Below, one piece after another: positions 1 through 12,024 of a stretch of 64,000 bases of DNA. The translations under genes and the position numbers were made by a program. The notes below the pieces were generated by a model. That model searched no databases. It worked only from the letters and a program-made list of their open reading frames with translations, and was not told the origin of the DNA. The stretch covers positions 15,564,001 through 15,628,000 of the forward strand of contig OZ249436.1 of the NCBI GenBank assembly GCA_965235115.1, read 5' to 3'. This stretch comes from Laetmonice hystrix (lineage: Eukaryota). Numbering within the stretch: position 1 is the stretch's first letter; every line of letters starts with the position of its first letter.

Positions 1-3000
1 ATCTTTGAAGGAATGGAACCAGCCAACGCCTCAGGTTCTTCACATACATCTCCTCCGAGGACTGTGAAATACAACATACATAGTAAGATTCGTGCACAAT
101 ATCTTAGACTTCCTAACTTTATTTCTACTGGATTCTCAATACTGAAATCAAGGGCTCTCATTCTCCATTACAGACTGCAATACATTATGGATTAACTCCT
201 TACTTACACGTGACATCATCAAACGTAGCTTGTCGATGTCCTGCATCTGTTCAAAATCCTCAAAGGTCAGGTCCTCATCCATGTAGCACTCATACACAAG
301 GGTTTCCATGGTAACCATGTTGTCATGGAGGTTATCCAAACCCTATATGAGTAAACATAGCACAGTTTTTGAATCAGCACCAGGATAATTATCAAATGGT
401 CTAAATAAATACTGGTATGCTATTAGTAAATCAATTCCCAATTAAGACAAATCAGACTACTTCGGCTTCAACTTTAACAAATGTACTCAACACAACGGAA
501 AACAATAAAACACTGGCTACAACAGCCTTACCTCAACATAGCGCTCCATTGCCAACCTAATGAAATCTAAAGCATGGTCGACTTGGCACGAAAGCCTCTC
601 AATTTCTTTGGCTCTGTAGATGTACCAGTCGTTCAGCTGAGCTCGGGTCAGTTCAAGTCCCCTGCAACAAAATATGAAGGTCATTTCAAAATACTGACAC
701 AAGTCACAGGAGACAGAGTCCAAAAAACAATTACAAAAGTATTGCAGTTTAAAACACTTGTAAAGAGACTCCGAGATAATTTAAAACATCTTACCTGAAT
801 TGAAGATAGTCAGGATTTTCTTCATACAGAAAGGCTCCCAAGTCAAATGGGTTTGGATCAATGGCATTCCTATTAGAACAAAAAAAAACACTATCATTGT
901 ATCAATGCACCATAGATTTGAAGTGACAGTAACCTTTACCAATAAACCCTTATAGTGAGAGGTTTGTATCATATTTCATGAAGGCAGCTGTCGCTCCGCA
1001 GTGGGTTATACTGTGACAGTCAGCTGGTATCACATCATGTAGTCTCTTTACCTGCAGGCTGTCATCTCACACCAATCCTCATCCCGCCAAGCTTCCTTCT
1101 CCCATTCCAGCACTTCTGAATCATCCGGTCTAGAACTGAAATATTTCACTATACTGTTAAAAGTTCTCAGTGTGAAGTAATGTCAAGCTAAAAAAAAAGC
1201 TGCCTTCTTTATTCAACAGACTTAATCAACTGCCCCTCTCAGAAAGTTCACCCTGAAAATGCTGCTTCCAAGCACTGGTAGACTTAGGTACTGCTGTGCT
1301 GCAAACCTATACTCTAACAACATGTTTAGGTGTGATGCTTCAGTGACCATTTTCCCTGCTCAGATCCAGACAGTCTTCAAAATACAGTGTTAGTACCAGT
1401 TGATCACCTACCCAGCTTCTGGTAACAGACTTCTGTACTCAAATGGTGGAAATGTTTCTGGCAGATTTGCAAGGATGGCAAGCCTGAAATAATGACAAAT
1501 ATTTACAAAACATTAACATATATTAGAACTTCAGTTCTACAACCCAATAATGATTAGATAGTAATAGAACATCAGTAAGAAATTTTAGAAGAGATGTAAA
1601 GTCACCTGTGTGGCAGAGTAAGGGCTCCATGGTACTTGAAGATGATTTCTAATGCACGCCAATCACACTGCTGCAAACAAGGCCAAACAGTCTGACATAT
1701 ATACACCTGTCATGCAACATTCTGCACTGAACATAGATCTATTTTAATCAAAACAAAATCACACATTTTTTACATCACCTGTTCACACACACACCCATTG
1801 ATGACTTACTCGTGCATAATCCACTGCCAGCTCCACAATGTTTTGTGAACGGAATTTCTCAAAGAACTTTGGATCAAATCTCTCTTCAGCAGCATGGATT
1901 CCTCCGAGAATCTCCTGCACAGGAAAAATCAAGTTTTTTGAGTGGGCAGGTACAGTCAGACTACCTGAATTTTTCACAAAGTGATAATGGAAACCAAGAC
2001 TTTAATTTCTTCATCTCTGACTAGGCAACTACGATAATAATCTAGTAAGTTATATAATGCAGACTTTGGCATCATTGAATTTAATATTGAACAATACTAA
2101 GTCTATCTTACTTCATACGTAGATAAACGGTCAAGGTACTGGAGCAGCCGTGTTCTTGCCCGACATAACTCTCTTTGATCCAGTGTCATGTTCTCAAAGT
2201 CAACAGTCTCTGCCAGTTTTCGACGATTTTCTCGCTCAACTGCTTTAGCTTCCTCATAGGCTTCCTCATCATATGTGTCCAAGCTCTCTGTATACGGTTC
2301 ATCTCGGTCACAAAGAATGAACCTAGTAACAATGGTTGATATTAGAGAGAAAAGGCATTCTGTACTTCAATCAGACATTGTTAAAAAAACATTTACCCTC
2401 TGATCTCTCAGGTAACTTAGTGACAGGAATGTAAATCTTACATGTGTACTCAGCTGAACTCAGACTAAGCTGAACTCAGCTGTCCTGAAAATGACACAAG
2501 TCCTGTGCCTAGTCTCACCTTCCTCCGTCTTCCTTCTTCCCTATGGCGAGGAGAGCCTCCAGGTCTGTTCCCCGGAGTCCGTACCGTAGCAACTCCCTCA
2601 TGGCATCAATGTTCTCAGGAACACGCTCCAGGCAGTCGTTTAACACCCAGGACCTCTTACGTATCTTACTCTGGTAGCAAGTAAAGCATCATGAGCTAAA
2701 TATACATTATGGTATGTAACCCTTGTGGACAATTCATAATTATATGTACAACATTGTACTGACACTGTACATAGCATGAGTTGTTTTTCTCCTTCGAGAT
2801 AAGATACCCTGCCCTGGTGGAAGTACTGGGATCATTAGACTAACAGTAACAACAGTCAGAATGGTTTTACTAACATGGAACTCTGGTCAGGTTACACAAT
2901 GAAACACTCACCAGGTAATCCTGAATGGAGGCCACTGAGACAGGTGTTTTCTCTGGTCAGGTTACACAATGAAACACTCACCAGGTAATCCTGAATGGAA

Positions 3001-6000
3001 GCCACTGAGACAGGTGTTTTCTCTGGTCAGGTTACACAATGAAACACTCACCAGGTAATCCTGAATGGAGGCCACTGAGACAGGTGTTTTCTCTGGTCAG
3101 GTTACACAATGAAACACTCACCAGGTAATCCTGAATGGAGGCCACTGAGACAGGTGTTTTCTCTGGTCAGGTTACACAATGAAACACTCACCAGGTAATC
3201 CTGAATGGAGGCCACTGAGACAGGTGTTTTCTCTGGTCAGGTTACACAATGAAACACTCACCAGGTAATCCTGAATGGAAGCCACTGAGACAGGTGTTTT
3301 CTCTGGTCAGGTTACACAATGAAACACTCACCAGGTAATCCTGAATGGAAGCCACTGAGACAGGTGTTTTCTCTGGTCAGGTTACACAATGAAACACTCA
3401 CCAGGTAATCCTGAATGGAGGCCACTGAGACAGGTGTTTTCTCTGGTCAGGTTACACAATGAAACACTCACCAGGTAATCCTGAATGGAGGCCACTGAGA
3501 CAGGTGTTTTCTCTGGTCAGGTTACACAATGAAACACTCACCAGGTAATCCTGAATGGAAGCCACTGAGACAGGTGTTTTCTCTGGTCAGGTTACACAAT
3601 GAAACACTCACCAGGTAATCCTGAATGGAGGCCACTGAGACAGGTGTTTTCTCTGGTCAGGTTACACAATGAAACACTCACCAGGTAATCCTGAATGGAG
3701 GCCACTGAGACAGGTGTTTTCCTCCACTGCCGCTGGTACACCAGGTCACAGTCCAGGCCGTAAGCCTTGGCCAGCGCCAGGGCCTCCCCGTACTCTTCAT
3801 GCTCAATCTAATGGGAGGACAATATAACAATATAGGCATGGCAAGAGATGGCCAATCTTCATAAGAAGTAGGGATTCTTTATATGCAACCACCTTGAGAA
3901 AAGTAACAAGTCGAAAATCTTTCCAAATACACTTTTAATACATACATATAATGCATGTATCGCTTTATATACAGGGCATGCCCCTTTTAATTCAACACAA
4001 TGACTGTGATCTAAACTGAAGTAGGAGTTTTTTTCATATCTCCAAAGAGGCCTACCTTGCGCTGGTACAATTCATCTGGTGTGGTTGACTTGAGGTTTAC
4101 CAGGCGGTATGTCTTGGTTACAATTCTGCAACAAGTGTACAAATTAAATTCCATGAGGCAGACCTAATGGAGGACTAGATTGTGTTGCTAAGGACAATAC
4201 AAACACTTCTCTTATGTCAAACTTCAGTTTCAGGTTGTAAGCTAGCAGGGGAGAACACTTAGAGGTTAATACTCACTTTGGTCTCTTCCTGGGAGGCTGG
4301 AATCTTTCAATATCTGTTACATAGTGCAGCACCCATTTGACATATTTGGTTGTCCTTGCCACAAATGGAGCATCCAACTCATCATCACTGTCCTCATAGT
4401 CTTCATCCTCACCTTCCACCAGACGGCGCTTCAGGGAACTGAACTTCATTTCACACTAAAATATCACAAAGAAATTTCATGTTCCTATTTCAAAACTTCT
4501 CTTAAATCTTAAGAATAAGTCTTTGTCAATATGGCAATGAATAAATTGCAGAAAAACATGCACTCTTCATTTCATAAGCACTACACATTCTAACAAACAT
4601 TGACTGACTTTACAACCATATCAAATGCCGGCAATATTAAAGTAAAAAATGTTGCCACAATTATAACATAAGATCTAATACTTACTTCCAATCCAAGAAA
4701 GCCACCTTCAAATGCTGGGGTTACAACTGGCCCCGGCTCAAACCATTCGGGTGACACTCCTAACAGATTTTGTAATGTTTTCCCAGAGGACACATAGAGA
4801 GCACCAGTTCCACGAGCCAGTATGACAGCCTGCAGAAATCAGTATATTTTCAGGTTTTATATCCAGTGCTCGATCTCAACAGTCACCTGCTAGCCTGCGA
4901 CGAGTGTGAAAATGCTAGACCAGTTTTCATACATGTATCTAGTCCAGTTGGCCAGAGTGATTTCTGGCTGGATTAGTGATTTTCCTATCTTTTTCTAGAA
5001 TACAATTAATAAATTTTTATTAGTTACTATTACTTAGACTAGACTAGACACAAAACAATAAAATACATAATTAGTTGGCTAGTGAAACATGATGTGGGCT
5101 AATGCAAGTTGCTAACTACTAGCCTGGCTGGCTAGCGGACAAATTTCTTAAGATCAATCCCTGATGTCAAAACATGAGCCATTTCACTCAGCAGTTGGGG
5201 AAGCTTACCTGATCAGACCACCAGTTGGCATCAACAATGTTGTAAGCCTTCAGAAAGTCCTTTAATTGTTTGCGTCGCCTTGGGTTTTCCGCAATCTCAG
5301 AATTTATGTCATCAAAGCCAGGCTGAAACATAATACATCACAGAGCTGTAATTAATTTTAAAAACATTTGGAGGATAAAATTAAACATGTTACTTATACT
5401 TACTTTTTGATTCACTCAAACAATAGTGTACATGTAGTTTATGGTTTCATTTTAAAACATACAGCTGAAGTTCATTTTTTATACATCATGAGAAAAAGTG
5501 CATAAATTTAATTGAGAAATTTTTAACTGTCACCATTCATACTTGCTGGTGTCTAACGAATAAAAAAACTAATGTTGCCATGGAGACTTCAACAGAGGAG
5601 ATCATTGTCATCACAGTGTACTTACTTGTTGTTCTAATGCCCATGTGGTAGCAAGACGCAGGGAGGGTATGTGCCAGAGTGAAAAACGACCCGAATAGTG
5701 AACTGTGGCCATCATTTGTCCACTTGGTGAGAGGCTCATAGCATATATACCATCCTATGAGGAGACAAGATTAAACTCTCACTCTCAAACATCTGCAACA
5801 ATGCATTCCTTTATCCATCTTATACATAACATTAAAATAATACTACACATTGTTTACCTGTTTCTCGCCATGCCAACTGTAGGAAAACGAAGTCAGATTT
5901 TTGAGACGCCGTACCAACTGAAATTTCCTTTGGGCCTGTAAATAGTATAGGGACAGTGGCATTTGGATGCAAACGGAAATGATGACCAATATTTATTCTT

Positions 6001-9000
6001 AACTCACCCAAAATAAAACTCTGCACTATCCTTTCACAAATGTCCTCAAATTGTTTATCACCATTAAACTATTGATGACTAATATATTTATTTACTTAAA
6101 TGTAATCAAATGGAAACTTATGTCTAAGGGTACTGAGTTGACCTACCATGCTGAGATCCTGTTCATAGTCAGTAATCATTTTGTAGTGTGGTGATCCTGA
6201 CAACATTCTCCAAGCTGTTATTCCACACTGCATGGCAGAGGGCATCCCTTGTTCTCCTGTAGTAGCATCTAGTTCAGCAGCGCCCCCTATTATCAGGATG
6301 CTGTGTTTGGCTACATATGTGACAGCACTGATCCCACGTGGGTAGTGAAGGCTAAAGACGAAGCTGTGTGCTACCTGGTACTTTCCTTCATCACTACAAA
6401 GATATATGTTCTTTTTCACTTAGATAATAAATTTTGCAAGACCAGAATTTTTAACAAATGGTACAGCTGTATTTTTCACCAGAATTCTTTTTTAAACAAT
6501 TGCATTACAGCAAGTTTGTGTCCCAAATAACAAAACAAAATCATGTTATAAAACTGAAACATGCCAGAAATAATCTATTTTTTTTTATCTAAGTACCTTA
6601 ATAGAATGCAACTCATCCAACAGAACTATGCATATTTCATTGCTCTACTGTTCAAGGTCTGTGCACAATGCATATATGCCAAAGGCTAATGCTAAATTCA
6701 ATTAATTTCTACCCCAGAGGTTTGTTTCAAGGCGAACACACATAACCAACTCACTTAAAGTTATAGCACTTCAGGCTTCCGTGGTAATTGATGACAATCA
6801 AATCTGCCGACCTGAAATAGTCCATGATAAAGTTTTATCTCAAAATGGGGACAACATAGGTTATTGCAGCCACATAACTGGAGAAATATATTCATCATTT
6901 TACTTTCTTCCATATATTATGAACATGTTAATTCCAAGTGTCTTGTACCTATTTGATGGCACTTTTTGAGTAGGGCCATATACCCCGGTATTCACATCAA
7001 GTACATCATATGGAATTACCCTAGGTAGGGAGTTGGCACATGGTGAGAATGCATCCAAAGTGTTCCAAGTGCTACTTCTTCACATGAAATATTGTGAGGT
7101 CAACTGTACCACATAAATGCAATCTAAGTATTTTCTACATTTACACAAATTCTGAGTTGTGACTCACATACTTCTTTCAATTAACTTTGACAAAAGAATT
7201 TCTGAATAATGATATTCTATACCAGTCGTATAAGTCCCTTACCAGTCTGTTCCCTTGTGCTCTTTAAATATGAGGCCAGCCACTGCATTGCTTAGGTCGA
7301 CAGGACTGTTGGGCTTTGGCATCATACTCTGCAATACCAAAGATTAAAGTCATCAAGAGCTAGCAGGTTTTACTGAAAATTAAACACAATATGTGGTCTG
7401 TTAATGTATGGTACAGTCATACTCATGAAAATTTGACAAATGTAGAAATATGTGTAACAAATCGAATGAATACACAAATGTATCTGTCTATGCAAACGTT
7501 CTGACTGATCAAAGCTGCAGAAAACGATTCTTTGGCGCGACTTTTTTCCATTCCAGGAGATATTTAATGATTGAGAAAGTTCAGTTTTATATTAAAAAAA
7601 TGTACCGGTAATCTTAGAGGTAAAACAATACCACCAAATTGTACCCTCGATGTCATACACGCAAGATTATATAAATAAGAAATTAAAAAGCTGCACATAC
7701 ACACAAACAACAGGGATTTTGTATTTAACATCTTTTTCACTGTTCTACATAAAGAATACCATTTTCTAAGAAAGGAAAAAGAAAATCGGAAGTAATGCAC
7801 ATGATCTGTTCTTATTGTCTTGTAAAATAAACTAATAAACTAAAACAAGAAAATTCGGTGAAACTTTACATAAAGGGTAGATACAAGAAAGCTGATTTAT
7901 TAATTTTTGTGCAATAGAAAGATATGAATTAAATGTCGCCAACACGAAAAGCTCATCCACCTTTAGTTTTAAGCTGTACATAATATACAGATATTGGAAA
8001 GACTGTTCCACAGAATTAGGATGCTAGAAAACCAACCCAGAAATCATGCCACCTCGAGGCTAGATTTATAACAAACCAACGATTTACACTATAGGGTTGG
8101 ACAATGAAGCTGCCTGTATTTAACAGATAGCAGATTACCATGCAATAACCATACGGCATCACTACAACACACAGGACTGTGATTTTACGTCTACAAACAT
8201 CCTTCAACCCCACAATATATGCCATCTCAACCCACTTATCACAACAAGCTTCCTGCAGAACTTGGCCATCTAAGTTTCAAACGACATCTCTGCTTCAAGA
8301 CATGAAGCAAAGTATTCCATGAGCAGACTGGTTCTGACCTTGAACAGAATGCTATGGAGCTTTGTCCATGGAAGAGGCCTCTCACTTTCATGGTGAGCAA
8401 AGCAGTAGTGCTAGAAGGCTGTTGAACCATCCAAACCCAGACTACATAATGCCCATAGCAAACATAAAAACCATTTGTTTTCATTCCATAAACTATACCT
8501 CTGTTTCCTGCCCTTCCTCCTGTAAGCAAGATCAACTGGGTTTTAAACATGCACACCTTGCTTGGGCACTTTCCTTCTTTATCCATTCACATGATCAAAC
8601 TTTGCCACATTCAATCTCAATGTCACTTCTCATCACTTTAAAGATAGATCTTTCATTTATTCATTAAACCAAAGAGCTACTAGGTCTGTAAAATATGGTT
8701 TCCTGCATTACCGTAAGCCTGAATGCTTTAAGCCAGCTTTCAGATTTATCAGCGAAGTTACTGCTTTATGATGGTTCAAAGTGGTCAAGTTCTAATTCTG
8801 CCACTGTCTTTTATCAATAATGACAGTCAACTAAATCAGTAACTTACGTTTGGTATACTAAGGATGTTTGTGCCAACCAAGTCAAAGATGTCCACCTGTC
8901 CACTACTGTCAGTGCACCCAACCATGTCTCCAGTGTAATTCCACTCCAGGGCACGCCACTGTGGATATGGGTCATGGGGCACAGCACCACGCCCCACGAC

Positions 9001-11775
9001 AGTTGAGAATTCATCTCGAGATGATCTAAATAAACCACAGGTTCAGCACTTTATTTTCTGAATACTTGACCATGGTACAGTAAAACCTAAAACCAGAGTT
9101 TCATACTTATAGTTTACATGTACTAGCAAAATTAAAGTGCTAACATCAAATTGAAAAGTGCAATTTTTTTTTACTTAAAAGCAACATACTTTATTATACT
9201 ATAAATCATACAGGTATATTGCAGTATATTGAGGACAGGAAGCAACGAGAGATCTGCCACCTTGGCTGATTTGGTGATGCTCTGAATAAGCTGTGATGTG
9301 GTCACATCCTTGAAGAAAAAAGTATTTCTTCTGTAATTATACGAAGTCTACCATGGGTTGCAAGTACCTACCTGATTTCAATCACCTGATCTTGAAGTAC
9401 TGCAACATGTTTGCCATCTCTTAAAAGTAACAAAAACACAACATCAATAAGGCAAATACACAGTGCCAGATACAGAAGGGTGACATTACGACTCAGATTT
9501 AATAACTGAAAGTACGCTGTAAAGAAACTAGCTACAACACAGGCACATAGTAACAGTTTTTGTTAATGATATCAATCAATAATAATCAATCACTTAAATG
9601 ACAACAATCCACTCACACAGAAATCCCTACTTACGGTACTTAATTCGTTAGTGTCTTTATTTTTCAAATGGTTACCAAATTTCATGGAAGGTCCAAAAAT
9701 GTCTCTATCTTCATGGAATCACACTGTCATCAGACAACAGTAGCCCAAATAATGTTTACCTTGCGAGTGCTACATGCCAGTTGATGTGACTGTTGACAAG
9801 TTTGACCAGTTCTGAAGGCAGGCTGCATGGACTGGCAGTCCTAAAAAGAAAGGAAGCTTCATTCACAGTACACAATCTAGTGTCATGAAAGAATTTTTTT
9901 TTCTAATTTCAGATAGGCTTATTATCAGAAGAGAAGAAAGTCCTTCATCACAGTATGTATCATGTGCTGAATGCCCAATAGATCTAAAAACTAAATTTGG
10001 CATGGGGGATTGAGTTATTGGAATCCAGAATGTTTTGTCGATTAGTTTTTGATGCTGACATGGAATGTCAGAGCTTTATTGGATTGGAATGGATGCCAAA
10101 CACTCATACTCATAGAAACTTTCAAAAAGAATTTCTTTGAACACTGATATTTTTTTGCTAAAATTTACACATATGATAGATGCTCCACGGGTATCTGATA
10201 TTTTTTCTGACATTCCACACATTTTTTGTTTAAAATATAAATGTGTTAAATATACCTCACAGGAAAGCCAATATGCCTCAGAAAAGTCCATAATGAACCT
10301 GAAACACATTGAGATATATCAATATCATAATATTTTGATCTCCATCAATGCAAAGGCCACATATAACACATTGTAATTATTAAATATTATGGCTTTCAAA
10401 TTGTAAAATGACTAACTTCTTTCAAGCTGTGTCTGATTTACAAATTCATGTACCCTGTAATCTAAGTTAACCACATGCATTCAGCACAGTAAAACTTTTT
10501 AAAGAATCTTCAAATGATAATTAAAACAATCAGAAATCTTTTTAAAAAATCCAGAATAAGATTATTCTTTAAATGTCAGCAAACCAATAATGAACAAAAC
10601 TGACACATAAGAAAATAAATTATTGGAAAGGTATTAAGAAATCTGAAGTAAAAGGTGATTTTATAATGCTAAGACGTAGTTATGATAGTCTAGGGTGATG
10701 ATACAGCATTTTGGCCTGTGTCAAAATAAACTGCTGAGTCACTTACGATAAAATGCAGATGAAAGTCTGCCAGACAGGGAGACTTGAGATTTTTCCTTCA
10801 CCACACGATTCTGCAAAGGTGAGAGCATAATTATATTGCAAAATATAATGGGTGTAAATTCCTTGCCTTTACCTTTGAAGATAACATAAATTGTTATTTA
10901 ATTAACTGTTACATAGGGTGTTTAGGCTATTTTGAGAACCGCCCATTTTCCTTCTTTTTTTTATGCTACTGGATGCAGTGTAAAATTCTAAGATATTCAG
11001 TCTTTAAATGAAGTCTCTAGCACCGATATTAGTTGAGATATGGTCAATTTAGTGGTCAAAAAAGTAGCCCTTCAGAGGGACCACTCGGCCTATTCAAAGT
11101 AGTGGAGGCCATGGCCCCAATAATGGGGTTTTCGATGAAATCTAGAAATAGTAATTTTCACACACTATAGTACTAAGTAACTACTAAGACTACGTAGTAT
11201 TTAGTAACTAAGTTAGTAAGTAGTAATTAAGTAAGGAAGGCTTTTTATTTGATTTTGAATGGGACTCATCGGCACGGTATAGATCACTTTCAGAGGGAAG
11301 CCTGTGGCGTGGGTGTGACCGTGCTATCTCATTCTCAATCTCAGTCGACTCTACTCCCCTCTATCTAACACTTGAGCCGATGACTGTCTTGAGTTGAGGC
11401 ACAGGAGTTTGACACATTCATTGGCTGTGTTGTATAGCTACCGCCCGCCCAATGTGTCAGACTCCTGTGGTTGAGGTGTGACGAACCCGGTGTGACGTGT
11501 AGACGACGGGTCATGCCACCGTAAACATGTGGCAGCGGCCGTGTGGCGGTGCGGGGGAGGGGGGGGGGGACTCATGTCTCCGAGTCCGACTCAATCAATG
11601 CTCACAGAGTGTTGCCGTGAAACATTAATCTGGTCCGGTCATCCTGAGATAGTTGAAATGACCAAGTTTGCATGCTTACGATAGTTTCTGGTTCTTGTGC
11701 CCACTCGGCTGGTATTGTTAGATCGTAGAGTATGTTTTCTTCCACATCATCAGCTGCCCTCGCACTGTCCGCCAT
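1..11775 (-). CDS. NBAS: Neuroblastoma-amplified sequence (NBAS/Sec39-like, NRZ tethering complex), 5' part, multi-exon, continues past the left edge
   Basis: Hand-spliced GT-AG exons with consistent phases: 11680-11775, 10747-10810, 10256-10298, 9760-9840, 9372-9419, 8848-9025, 7243-7328, 6755-6811, 6147-6393, 5858-5935, 5626-5754, 5209-5322, 4686-4829, 4277-4455, 4056-4125, 3682-3807, 2519-2670, 2112-2322, 1810-1914, 1606-1670, 1412-1483, 1052-1135, 795-869, 532-661, 208-342, 1-61. Translation has NBAS-typical segments ENILYDL..AEW, LVKLVNSHINWHVAL, DGIYAMSLSPSG, STTPDELYQRKIEHEEYGEALALAKAYGLDCDLVYQRQW, SWVLNDCLERVPEN, LETLVYE-like METLVYE. Confidence 0.95.
2881..3720. repeat. Minisatellite, 12 x 70 bp, spanning the 3' end of an NBAS exon and its splice donor
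   Basis: Unit ctctggtcaggttacacaatgaaacactcaccaggtaatcctgaatggaRgccactgagacaggtgtttt starts every 70 bp from 2881 to 3651; only one variable base. Confidence 0.97.
11400..11469. mobile_element. 70-bp micro-MITE (CA...TG ends, about 19-bp TIR, 7-bp TSD) in NBAS intron 1
   Basis: CACAGGAGTTTGACACATT ... AATGTGTCAGACTCCTGTG flanked by the direct repeat GTTGAGG (11393-11399 and 11470-11476). Confidence 0.65.
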
Positions 11776-12024
11776 GTCGGAGTGCCGGGTGTAAGCTTTA
11801 TTCTCGAACCTAACCTAAAACTAACAAAGGCAAGCTAATAATCGACATACCTAACACAAAATATTATTTCAATATAGGATCCCAATATAGTAAAGTATAA
11901 TGGGAGATTTTGATTATTAAAAATAAATAGAGGTATTCTCCCTAAAAATAATTCTTCTCAGATGGTTCGAGATTAGAATCTATTTTAAGGAGGGAATCCC
12001 CAGCCTCGTTTTCGTTGTGGCGCA
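11776..12024. promoter_or_regulatory. Putative bidirectional promoter between NBAS and PPCDC
   Basis: Divergent ATGs at 11775 (-) and 12025 (+) are only 249 bp apart; AT-rich spacer. Confidence 0.65.

Noticed and set aside
8016..8667. Several 70-115 aa ORFs in an NBAS intron, possibly a nested gene or TE fragment
   Set aside because: No recognisable motif in any frame, and the NBAS model is complete and in phase without them.
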